Origin: Octopus vulgaris
Lineage: Eukaryota
Assembly: GCA_951406725.2 (NCBI GenBank)
Contig: OX597823.1
Coordinates: 112,654,001-112,718,000 of the forward strand
Length of the DNA stretch: 64,000 nt
Direction of reading: 5' to 3'
In this document: positions 38,544 through 50,774 of the stretch, one piece after another
How the letters are laid out: each line of letters opens with the position of its first letter
Numbering within the stretch: position 1 is the stretch's first letter
The notes under the pieces: model-generated
Told to the model about the DNA's origin: nothing
Seen by the model: only the letters and a program-made list of their open reading frames with translations
Databases searched by the model: none
Program-made: the position numbers and the translations under genes

Positions 38544-39968
38544 TATATTAAAGTTTGTAGTTTTAGATGCCCTAAGCGAAACTGGCCATAGCTGATGTGG
38601 ACCTAAACATTGCTAGCCATATCTAGCCCCTAATACTAATTGCAGTATATTGTATATTAAATAATGTAGTCCGAGATACACTATGGCAGAATGAGTATGG
38701 CTGATACTTTGACCATTGGTCTGCTGGACCAGAGCTGACCTGGGGCTATAAAGTAATAACAAATATCTGTAGGAATTCGGTGTTCTTTTATGCAGAAACT
38801 TCCTGAAATACGTGCAATAGATGTGCAGTTTGCATGGCACCAGCTGGTGGTGCAACATGTTTGCTGATGCTGTTTTGTCTTCACGTTCTGATGCACACAT
38901 GCATACACACGGCTTCTATGTTCTAAAGTCATGAACACACACACACGCGCGCACACACATGGATGCAAACTGCCACAGAGCTACAGCCTACACGTATGCA
39001 CACTGTATATTTTTTATTAAATATGTGAATAGATAGAGTAAGTGTAGATACACCGATGCAGTAAGCTACGTCAGTGAGTCAGTCAGTTAGAAATGTTGTA
39101 ACTAAGTAGTTAGCTAGTCAACAATAACCGCATCAATATGGTCTTCTTGTAGAGTCATCTCACGGAAGAGAGAGGGAATATTTAATAAAGCGACTGGTTT
39201 ATTTTTTTCCTTTTTCTTTTTAATCTTTTATTGCTGCTTCTTGCAATAAGTGAACAAATAGATAGACAGTTGTGTGCGTGTGTACATGTGGATATGTATA
39301 TATATGTGTTTGTGTAGATATGTGAATATGTGTATATATGTATACACATTGATGTATGTACATGTATATATAAATGTATGTATATGTATATATAGATGTA
39401 TGTATGTATAAATGTATGTATATGTATATAGAGATGTATGTATATATAAATGTATGTATATGTATATATATGTATATGTATATATAGATGTATGTATATA
39501 TATATAGATGTATGTATATATAAATGATATACATATATACATATATCTATGTATATATAGATGTGAGCATGTGGATATGTGTATATATGTGTGTGTGTGT
39601 GTAGATATGTGAATATGTGTATATATGTATACACATTGATGTATGTACATGTATATATAAATGTATGTATATGTCTATATAGGTTATGTATATATAGATA
39701 TGCATATATATGATCTATACATATATACATATATCTATATCTGTATATATAGATGTATGTATATGCACACACATATATAAACAGAAAGAGAGAGAGAGAG
39801 AAAGAGCAAGAGAGTAGAGAGATAGATAGATTGGCAGATAGATTGATAGATAGATAGACAGACAGACAGACAGATAAATGGACTGAGATAGAAAGTTAGA
39901 CTGTTAGGTAGAGAAATAGATTGATAGGTGAAGGACAGATGGGCATAAATCAATAGTATATGAATGTG

Positions 39969-40020
<52 letters not shown>

Positions 40021-40087
40021 TAGATAGAGAGTGAGATAGGTAGATAGGTTAATAAGTAGACTGAAAGACAGATTCTAATATAATGTC

Positions 40088-40294
40088 TCTTTTACTCTTT
40101 TACTTGTTTCAGTCATTTGACTGTGGCCATGCTGGAGCACCGGCTTTAGTCGAGCATATCGACCCCAGGACTTATTCTTTGTAAACCTAGTACTTATTCT
40201 ATCGGTCTCTTTTGCCGAACCGCTAAGGCACTGGGGCCTAAACACGCCAGCATCGGTTGTCAAGCGATGTTGAGGGGACAAACACAGAATGCAA

Positions 40295-40338
<44 letters not shown>

Positions 40339-40492
40339 GACGGGCTTCTTTCAGTTTCTATTTACCATATCCACTCACAAGGCTTTGGTCAGCCCGAGGC
40401 TATAGCAGAAGGCACTTGCCCGAGGTGCCACGCTGTGGGACTGAACCCAGAACCATGTGGTTGGTAAGCAAGTTACTTACCACACAGCCACT
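40088..40492 (-). mobile_element. SINE family A
   Basis: Match to family A. Confidence 0.9.
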
Positions 40493-40960
40493 ATTTCTTG
40501 CTGTTCTTAAACATGGAAATTGCTATTCCTACATTATTTCTGTGTGTGTGGTAAGAAATAAGGCCATGTATATCAATATGGAAATTGGAAAAATTAGACG
40601 CAGACAATGTGAGTATATGTTACAGTCGAGAGATTTGAGGAAATGTCCCTTCATCAGCTGTTCCTTTTTGAGAAGGGGCAGTTTGGAATTTTTTTGCGGG
40701 GGGTTTTTTTTTCACAGTTCAATGCGGATGACTCAAAATTTACAAGAATTTGACAGCTGTTAAAAGGGAAACTTCCTCGTTTGTGTGTGGTTGTGCCTTC
40801 ATTAGTCATGCTTAATTACTTGTGTACTATGCGTATTTACATGTGTGTGTGTGTATGTGTGTATATATATATATAGATATATATACACATATACTTATAT
40901 ACATACACACATACATACACACACACACACACACACATATACATATATATATTATATATA

Positions 40961-41345
40961 TAAGTAGTTGAATGAATTATCTTAGTATGGATAATTCGGT
41001 TAACCGATACCTGGGTAGCAAATTCACTTCAGAAAAACACGGTTGAAGCTACATGCTAAGGGCAGAGATCACGTGCTTTTGTGTGGAAATTTGTGTGTGT
41101 TTTTTAAATACAAATAAATGAAAGTATGGAGTTGAACGACGAATTAATAAAATTCCTTTATTCTCGACATTTGTTTCGAAGGTTGCATATTCCTAATTTC
41201 GAAGGAATAAGGGGTGCATTATGCCGCCTTCTCATCAGGAAAAGCAAGGAACTTATGTCAGCATCAAGATGAACAAAAACTCTTAGATGATGCATAATGC
41301 ACCCCTTATTCCTTCGAAATTAGGAATATGCAGCCTTCAAAACAT
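40961..41345 (-). mobile_element. PLE-derived non-coding element (second family) with inverted terminal segment, in (TA)n
   Basis: Homologous to 30575-30836. 41292-41345 is an inverted copy of about 41171-41224. Hammerhead inside; (TA)n flanks. Confidence 0.75.
41161..41243 (-). ncRNA. Type I hammerhead ribozyme with extended stem II
   Basis: Reverse complement reads ttttc-CTGATGA-gaagg[cg gcata atgcacccc ttattcct tcgaaatt aggaatatgc aa]ccttc-GAAA-ca aa tg-TC-gagaa. Confidence 0.8.
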
Positions 41346-41347
41346 AT

Positions 41348-41379
<32 letters not shown>

Positions 41380-44300
41380 AATTTTCTTTACTTGTTTCAG
41401 TCATTTGACTGTGGCTATACTGGAGCGCCACCTTGAAGGGTTATAGTTGAAGAAATCGACCGCTTGACTCCTTTCTTGAGCCTAGTACTTATTCTATCAG
41501 TTTGTTTTGCCAAACTGCTGAGTTACAAGGACATAAACACACCAACATTGGTTGTCAAACAATGGTGGTGGGGAATAAACATGGACACAAAGATACACAT
41601 ACATAAATATATATACATTATATATATATATATGTATATTCTTTTATTCTTTTAGTCAAAAAAATTGACCCCTGGACTTGTTCTTTGTAAGCCTGGTACC
41701 TATTCTATTAGTGTCTTCTGCAAACTACTAAGTTACAGGGACATAAACACACCAAAACCTATGCAATTGAAAGCTGGAGAAAACTTTTCAAATATAAAAT
41801 GGAAGTATACAGAAATAAACATTATTTTCCATCTTTCTGATAGTTTTGTTTCATGTTTGAAAAATTAAAATTTATCTTCTGGTTTATTGTTGTTTATATT
41901 TTGAAATACATATATAATCATGGCTGATGCTGGTGTGACGTAGCAGGCACCTGTGCTGGTGGCATGCAAAAAGCACCTTTCAAATGTTAGGCTTCATGGA
42001 GGTGATTAGTGACGGAGATGTTTGATGAGATGCTGTGCTTGAGAAGATTCGTCGAACCCAGTGAAATCGTAGTTGTAGCGGATGCTGGTGTCACATAACT
42101 GGCATCCATGCTGCTGGCATGTAAAAAGCATCATCATCATTGTTCGTCCGTGGTCGAGACAATGGAATTTACCATGCTATGCCAGACCTCAAGGTCCATG
42201 ATAGCATTACTGAGGTCCTGTTGCTGGATGCCTGTATCCCTGGAGATTACAACAGGGTAGGAGAGTGTGCACCCTCTGGTATTGTGAGTAGAATGGCTTC
42301 CATAGGAGAAGAGTAGAAATTACCTCGTTTTCAGCTCTACAACAATGTCCAGCAAACTGGACTCTTCTACCTTTCACAAAAGATGATACAGGTGGTAGTT
42401 TCCCATATATTTGTACTTCGGTTGGATGACGCTTCCACGAGAGATTTTGAGAGCACCCATTACCTTCATGGAGTGGTTGGCATTAGAAAGGGCACCCAGC
42501 CATAGAACCAATGCCAAATCAAATTGGAACCTGGTGCAGCTTTACAGCTTACCAGTTTCAGCTAAATCATCCAACCCATGCCGGCATGGAAAGCAGATGC
42601 TAAATGATGATGAAGACGATGATGGATGCACCAAAATCCTCTAAGTACTTAGGGGTTTTTCGAGTTTTAATCCAGCCCTAGTTGTTGCACAATAGGAATA
42701 AAAGATGTTCTTCACTGCATACTGTAAGACATACACTGTACCAAAGTTGGTTGGGGCTTCAATCCCCTCTACGAGATAATGCAAACTGTGATGACGACCC
42801 AGTCCAAGATGTACCATTTTGGATGAAAGGATCTGAGATGGTAGTGGTTGTAGTGCTGGTAGTGGTGACAGCAATGGCAGTGGTATTCATCATCATCATC
42901 ATCATCATCATCGTTTAACGTCCGTTTTCCATGCTGGCATGGGTTGGACGGTTCAACCGGGGTCTGGGAAGCCAGAAGGCTGCGCCAGGCCCAGTCTGAT
43001 CTGGCAGTGTTTCTACAGCTGGATGCCCTTCCTAATGTATTGGAAGTGGTTATTTCTATTTTGTTTTCTTGGCAAGTGTAGTTAATCTTGGTTGGTTAAT
43101 ATTATTAATCCAGTAATCACTACCACAGTAACTAATTTGTTTTACTCACATGTCAGATATACAAATACAAAAACAAATAAAATAAACAGCAAAACAACAA
43201 TTCAAATTTGATTTTGGCTATTTTGTGGCGGTTGTTTTTGTATTGACTTTTTTATTTGGTTTTTGTCTTTGTTAAAATTGTATGTCTGAATTGTAAATGA
43301 AGATTAAGAAATTAGAATTATTGTGTGTGTGTGTGTGTGTGTGTATAGTGGTGGGATAGAATAAATTTTTCTTTTTCTTTGTTCTGTTTTTGTTCAATTC
43401 CTTTATTCCATTACAATTTCCAATAATTTTCTATTTTTGTCTGTTTTTTATTTTTGCTTTTTTGTTTTGTTTAAAGAAAGCAACACAAACAAATCTTTGT
43501 ATCCCAACCTTTGCCCCATTGTCACCCAGTCTAGGAAAGTTGCTGTTTCAAAATGTCATTGACGAGGTGTTGAATTTAATCTTGCTCTACTCTCAACACC
43601 CTAAATCATCACCTGATATCATCATCATCATCATCATTCACATCATTATCCTTCTCATCATCACCATCAATACTATCCTCATTGTCATCATCATAATGTC
43701 TATTGTGGGTTGGCTAGGTCTGTAATAACACAGTTTACATACATCTCTTCATCCTGCATCATTTCTGCTAGGACCTAACTTTCTTTGACCTGCCTCTACT
43801 TCATTGTCAAATGCCTTAGTCAGCCGTTCGTATCTATTCTCTATCGTTCAGCCCTTAACACTTGTCTCTGGGCCAAACAAAGGAGCATTCATGCTGAAAA
43901 TAGCAGCTGGAGTTCCTTCATATTACACCTTATTGGCCCTTAAAGGAACTTACATACTGATAATATAGTCCTAGATATTCATAAAGATGGTTGAATATGG
44001 CTGGAATATTTTTTAATTGTATGCCTGTCCATTCACTTCTGATATGCAGCTCAATAATAATACAAAAAAAATAGCCATTTACGATCCCATCATTTCATCC
44101 TTTTGCCCTTACATTATCTGTGTTAACACTGAGATCAAATCATTCTTGTTCATATCGTCCTGATGTTTTTGATGTCCACCAAGTTGTATATTTATACTCC
44201 ACCAACCTCTTATATTGCCACTTTACATCTTTAGTAACAGTGCTAGACTCAAGTCATTTCACTGCTGCCTGGGTGTGCCTGCCTGCACACACCCACCCAT

Positions 44301-44451
44301 TCATCCACCCATGCCTCCATCCATCTTCTTTGCTTGCTATTCACTGGATGTTTGTCAGGGTACAGTCTTCAGGTATTTCCTCCATGAAATCCTGTCTTTA
44401 CACTTTCCAGCTGGATTCTTAAGCGTGACCAACTATAACTATGGATATTTA

Positions 44452-44675
44452 TTTCATTATTGCCCACAAGGGGCTAAACATTGAGGGGACAAACAAGGGC
44501 AGATAAAGGGATTAAGTCAGTTACAGGGATACGAGTGTGTAACTGGTACTTATTTAATCGACCCTGAAAGGATGAAAGGCAAAGTTGACCTCGGTGGAAT
44601 TTGAACTCAGAACGTAGCGGCAGACGAAATACCGCTAAGCATTTCGCGTTCTAATGATTCTGCCAGCTTGCCGTC
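44452..44675 (-). mobile_element. SINE family B
   Basis: Reverse-complement match. Confidence 0.85.
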
Positions 44676-44679
44676 TTCA

Positions 44680-44850
44680 ATGACTATGGATATTATCCAA
44701 CCATTTTTCTGATGATCTACCCTTAGGTCTCCTGCTAATTGGTTTGGCTTGAAGGATCCATCTTGTGATTCTTTCCTGCAACATTCCAATCACATGTCCA
44801 TAGCACCGGAGCTGTGACTGCTCAATTCTGAGCATTGGGACCTGTTTTAT
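44680..44850 (-). mobile_element. RTE LINE 3' ORF fragment
   Basis: MLRIEQSQLRCYGHVIGMLQERITRWILQAKPISRRPKGRSSEKWLDNI. Confidence 0.75.
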
Positions 44851-44917
44851 ATGTGAACTAGCTGGCCCCGTGCCGTGAAAAATGATGGCTAATTGTAGAA
44901 TTTTATATATAAGTATG

Positions 44918-45169
44918 TGGAGGTGCATGGCTTAGTGGTTAGGGTGTCAGCATCATGATCATAAGGTTGTGGTTTCGATTCCTGGACTGGGCAATGCGTT
45001 GTGTTCTTGAGCAAAACACTTCATTTCATGTTGCTCCAGTTCACTCAGGTGGCAAAAATGAGTAATCCTGCGACTGACTGGCGTCCCGTCCAGGTGGGGA
45101 ATTTCTATGCCACTGAAACTGGGAAACCGGACCCTATGAGCCTGGCATGGCTTGAGAAGGAACATTTAT
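44918..45169 (+). mobile_element. tRNA-derived SINE with 17-bp TSD
   Basis: TGGCTTAGTGG A box and GGTTTCGATTCC B box. TSD ttttatatataagtatg at 44901-44917 and 45170-45186. Confidence 0.88.
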
Positions 45170-45876
45170 TTTTATATATAAGTATGGATGATAAATCAAA
45201 TTTATACACTTGTCAATGTTATCTAGTGGCTGTCTTTTGAGACGTGACACCAATCATCATTTGTTAATGGAAGAATGCTGGTTGAAACACTGTTTCATTT
45301 TTCTTTTCGCCGTTGAATGCTCACCATCCCACTTCCATTGCACACACACACACGCAAACATTCACATACCTCCCTTTTGCATACACTCACACAGAGCTGA
45401 AACGTTCCCACTACCAGTTTACCGTCAGCCCTTCCTTCCTTATTCATATGTTGTGACAGAGAAAAACAAAAGAGTATTATTATAGTAGATTATCTGAGCC
45501 CTTTTGTATTGAGTTCTCTCTGAATTCAAAACATTTCGAGTGAGTTTGTCTCATGCATTAGACTGGGATATTTCAACAAACACAGTTCTAACGCTCTTTA
45601 GATTACGACTGAATAAGTCATATACACAAACATGCACAAATGTTAAAAGTGAGGTGAGATTTGGCAGTTGTTTCTAGCTGAGGAAGACTCCCTTGCTGGC
45701 TAGCTGATGATTATGACAATAATGATGATGATGGTGGTGGTTGTGGTGGTGGAAATGCAACTGAAATACCTTTTTGTGAAATAATTTCTTTTCAGAGATT
45801 GTTTGAAGTGTGTGTATATATGTATGCGTATGTGTGTATATAAACAAACATATAAGGTTGATAAATATAAGATTAT

Positions 45877-45936
<60 letters not shown>

Positions 45937-46184
45937 GGATGGATGGATGGGTAGAGAGAGGGAGAAAGGAATGGATTAACATCACTAGAGGTTATTTGGA
46001 AATGTTTTTTCCGTTCCCCTCCTCACCTCCATATATGATTGATGGAGGATAACTGAGAAGGACAGACAGACAGACACGAGGAATATTTCAAAAATGTCCA
46101 TCATCTGTTTTATGAATAATTTGCCAAAGGACAGCACAATGGAGCTGTAGGAAAGAAAAGAAAAAAACTAAAACAAAACCATCT

Positions 46185-46870
46185 TCCTCTCTGTCTGTCT
46201 CTCTCTCATACTATTTCTTCATTTTTGCCTTTTTTTCTTTCCATCCTTCTCTCCTTCCTTGTCTCTTTCCTACTCGTATCTCTCTTTGTCTCCTCCACTT
46301 CTTTCTCCTCTGCTTCTTTCTCAGTTCTCTCTCTTCTTCTTCTCCCTCTCTCCTTCCTCTCCATCTCTTCTTCCTCTCCCTCTCTTCTTCCTCTCTCTCT
46401 TCTTCTCCCTCTCTTCTTCCTCTCCCTCTCTTCTTCCTCTCCCTCTCTTCTTCCCCTCCCTCTCTTCTTCCTCTCCCTCTCTTCTCTCTTGTCAGTTCCC
46501 TGTCTCCTGAGTTTTCTCAAATTCTCTCTTTTTCTCTCTCATTTTTTCTTAGTTCTTCTCCCCTCTCTCTTTCTCTACATCTCATTCCCTTCTCTCTCTC
46601 TTTCTCATTCTTTCTTAGTTCTACTCCCCTCTCTCTTTACTTCTCATTCCCTCCCCTTCTCTCCCCCCTCCCCCTACTTCTCATTCCCTTCTCTTCTCCT
46701 TCTCTCTCTTACTTCCCATTCCCTCCCCTTCTCTCCTCCCTTCCCCTACTTCTCATTCCCTTCCTTTCTCCCTCTCTCTCTACTTCTCATTCCCTTCTCT
46801 CTCCCCCTCCCTCTCTCTAATTCCCTATCCCATTCGCACTGACCACACCTTCTTCCCCCTTCCCCCACCA
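46185..46870. repeat. Polypyrimidine (CT-rich) low-complexity tract
   Basis: About 680 bp, almost purely C/T, with internal duplications. Confidence 0.9.
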
Positions 46871-47543
46871 CTCTGGCCTTCCGTTTGATGACCACCAAAC
46901 TATTCCCTGTAAAAATACTTGAAGATTAATGTGGCTCTAACTTTCTGCAGCACTGTAAGGATGCCGTGCTGTGTCACGGCGTGCCATGATGTGTCACAGA
47001 GCTTGCATGACAGCTGACGCGCATGTGGTTCTGCAAAGAGGAGGGGACAGAGAAACGAATGTAGGATTGGAGAGGAAGATGGTGTGTACAAGAGAATGGG
47101 AGAGAGCAGTATTTAGTGGTGATGGTCATTGATGGGGATGGTCTTTATTTCTTTAGTGGCATGTCAACAAGATTGATGGAGTTGGGGTAGGAGGTTGCAG
47201 TGGTGTTATAGGATCGATGGTGTGGTGGTGGTGGTGGTGGTGGTGGTGGTGGTTCAGTTGTAGTGATGCTGTAGGAATGGTGGTGTAGTGATGAAAAACT
47301 AATAATAATAATAATAATAACAACAACAACAACAATGATGCAGACACAAACAACAATTATAATAATCACAACAATACAGACACATTCACACACTTAAACA
47401 TTGATATAGATTTACATACGTGCACACACAGACATTGATGTATACACATTTTGGCGTACATGTATATATACAACGAGGTACACACCCATGTTGATATGTG
47501 TAGATACACAGATGCATTGACATGTATGGATAAGTACAAATTG

Positions 47544-47591
<48 letters not shown>

Positions 47592-48417
47592 TCACAGGTG
47601 TATAGAAATACATACACATATACACACACTCATAGGTACTTGTTAATATGTAGTTGTAAATACACACATGCACAAAGAAAAACCACTCATATATACTCAC
47701 ACACAAATCCCTGTGTACACAGACACAAATTCACATACACACACACACGCACACACACACACACACATACATGCATGAAAATTTTGCTCACACACCTCTC
47801 TCTCTCTCTCTCTATGTGTTGAGGCTACATATCAATGACAACTATATCCACCAACGCAAACTACTGTAAACCCCCATGTGGTCTCTCAGTTTGCTAGAAA
47901 TAGCCAGATCTCTCTCTTAGACACATCCCGAGAATAGGAGGACATACTGGACAATGTACTCCTATGCAGGAATGCTAGTGGACTGCAGTAAAGTCCTGTT
48001 ATAAATGTAGACACTTTTTAGCGTATTCACTGATTAATTGGTTTCTAATCATTATTGATTGTTTGATTTATGTCTTCGTTAAACAGCTGGGAATGTATCT
48101 AAGCGAAGCACAGTTGCTGCACAACCAGCAGATTCTACTTCATCTTCAATCGACAGAGTGGAGTTCCAACCCGTAGCCGATAGCAGGTAAAGATTTCAAA
48201 CTTTTCTTTCCTCAACTTTGTGATTTTGCATCTGTATGCATGTGTATGTATCCATATATGTGGCCCTCAACCACATTTCAACTCATAACATAGAGAGAGA
48301 GAGATTGAGAGAGAGAGAGAAAGGTGACTAAATACAAGATATATGTTCCTGCGGTCTACCATTTATACTATACCAAATCTACCACCAGTTGTTGACACAT
48401 CATCACACATGCTTTAA

Positions 48418-48638
48418 CCCTTTCGTTACCAACCCGGCTGAAACCGCCTCTGGCTCTGTAGTACAAATGTCTTGTTTCCTTAAGTTTTGAATGAAAATCT
48501 TCCACCAAACCTTAGTCACAATTTATGATCCTAACACTAGCTTAATGATAACTAAGTTATTTTACTAAATTCTTTGTTATATTTAAAGTGATTGAAAGAA
48601 ACACAGAGCATCTCAACAGAAATACAGTAACAAAAGGG
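48418..48638. mobile_element. piggyBac-type MITE
   Basis: TTAA TSD on both sides. TIRs CCCTTTCGTTAC / GTAACAAAAGGG. Confidence 0.85.
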
Positions 48639-49039
48639 TTAAGAGAAGGTGTGTTATATCAAATTACAAGACATGTACATCACTTTATTGAGTTTAAAAT
48701 GAGGAATGACAAAATTGCCACTGGTTGAATTTGATGCAGGGTAGAGCCAAAAGTCCTCAGATTCACTATCTTTGATAACCATTTCAACAACAAACATACA
48801 CTAAGCAATGGTCCAAACCCTGATGGTATCCCCTGCCAAAAAAAATGCAAGACAAACGATAAAACATTGGCTACTTGAAAACATTGTTTTCATCTGCCCA
48901 ACTTCATTAGAGTCAAACCAGGGGCTGTGTAAAATATGGGATATTTTTTTTATTTAAAAATTTTTTTGCTGCACTCTGTATAATGGACACAGTGAAATTA
49001 ACACACCAAAACTGGAAACAGCGAGGCATATGAGCCGTG

Positions 49040-49600
49040 CAATGACCAATGGGTGGAGCATCTTGTGAGTGAGATGTGAATTGGAGGAGCGTCTTGGCAA
49101 TAGGAGGACAAATGGATGGATCATCCAGGCAGTGAGATGGCAGAGCGGGTGGAGCATTTTGGGAGTGAGAGGATAAAGAGTGGTAAGCATCCTGTGAGAG
49201 GACAAAGTGGGTATAGCATGTGGGCAGCAGGTGGAACATCTTGAGAGTAAGATGATGTATGGATGTACCATCTGGGCAGTGAGATAATTGTGGGTGGGGC
49301 ATCTTCGTTATGAGATAAGTGGGCAGGGCATCTTGGGAGTGAGATGACAAATGGGTGTAGCATCTGGGCCCCGAGATGGTAGAGTGGGTGAGGCATCTTG
49401 GGAGTACTATGACAGGATGGGAGGCACCACTTGGGAGTGAGATGACTGGGTGGAATACCTGGGCAGTGAAATGACATAGGTAGTGAAGAATCATAGTATG
49501 GAGATAAGGGCCAGTGGACCATAGACCCAATTGATGGCAGTATGGGTGATGTATTAGAGCGGTGAAATGGTAGAGTGGGTGGAGCATCACAGCCATGAAA
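49040..49600. repeat. Degenerate minisatellite of about 30 bp
   Basis: Recurrent gggtggagcatcttgggagtgagatgaca-like units. Confidence 0.8.
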
Positions 49601-49734
49601 TTGCAGTGTGGGAGGAGTGTCAGGCAAAACGTTTTGTGGCATTCAGTTGCATCCACCTATATTCACAGTTTAAATAAAGATGACTTTGTTTTATTTAGTT
49701 CCAGGTTGATATAATAAAATACCACTGACATACC

Positions 49735-49995
49735 ATCGTCATCATCGTTTAACGTCCGTTTTCTGTGCTAGCATGGGTTGGACGGTTCGACCGGGATCTG
49801 GGAAGCCAGGAGGCTGCACCAGGCTCCAGTCTGAGCTGGCAGTGTTTATACAGCTGGATGCCCTTCCTAATGCCAACCACTCCGTGAGTGTAGTGGGTGT
49901 TTTTTATGTGCCAGGGGACGCTGGCATCGGCCACATTCGGATGGTGCTTTTTACGTGCCACCGGCACAGGTATCACAACTACAATTTCCATTTGA
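49735..49995 (-). mobile_element. Retroposon family C (5'-truncated copies also at 29670-29860, 42895-43037, 52031-52137, 57306-57466)
   Basis: Reverse-complement matches with (ATC)n tails and variable 5' truncation. Confidence 0.85.
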
Positions 49996-50432
49996 TATTT
50001 ATTTTGATACTGAGGTCAAATTAATTATCACCATTTCCTCCAAAATGTGGCAAATTGGCGGAGTCCTTAGAGCATCAGATAAAATGTCTTGTATATATTT
50101 CAGTTTCCTGCATTCTCGGTTCAAACTCAATTTAGATCAACGGCTTTCCTTTTCATCCTTCCTGGGTTGACAAATAGATTAGTAGTACAGAGCAGCGTGA
50201 TGGAAATATCACTGCATCAAATAGATAGCTTTGTGGTTTTTGTTCAACTCTTTCTGTATTGAGTTCACATTCTGCCACAGCCTACCTGGCTGATAAAGTC
50301 AATCCATCACCTGATTTAACATTGACACAGGTCCTTTCACTGAGTTTACTATATTGCACAAACTGAAGATAGGTCTTATGTTTGAAGATAACTTCCTCAC
50401 TCTCTCTTAATAATCTTGAAGTCCCTTTTAAG

Positions 50433-50774
50433 CAGTGGTTCTCAACTGGGGTCCATGTGGCCCCTGAGAGTCCAAATAAGTTTTTGTGGGGGTCCACCTG
50501 GAAAATAGTAAATTGGGGATCCACAACAGTATTTTGTGGGCCCCTGAAAAAATTTTTGTTTCATATGTGTTTTGGTATGTCTTGCAAGAAACAGCTAGGT
50601 TTCTCTCTCTAATATTTTCCATAGTTCAACTTACACAAGTTAATGTGTGAAAGGAATTTTGAAAGAAGTATCTATAAAACTAGTTTCTAAACATCGAATG
50701 GTTATGGAGTCCACCAGAATAAAACAGTATATCAAAGGGGGGCATAGATAAAAAAAAATGTTTCAAAACCCCTG
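50433..50774. mobile_element. hAT (Charlie-like) MITE
   Basis: TIR CAGTGGTTCTCAAC with a degenerate right end tttcaaaacccctg. Imperfect 8-bp TSD cttttaag/ctttaaaa. Confidence 0.72.
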
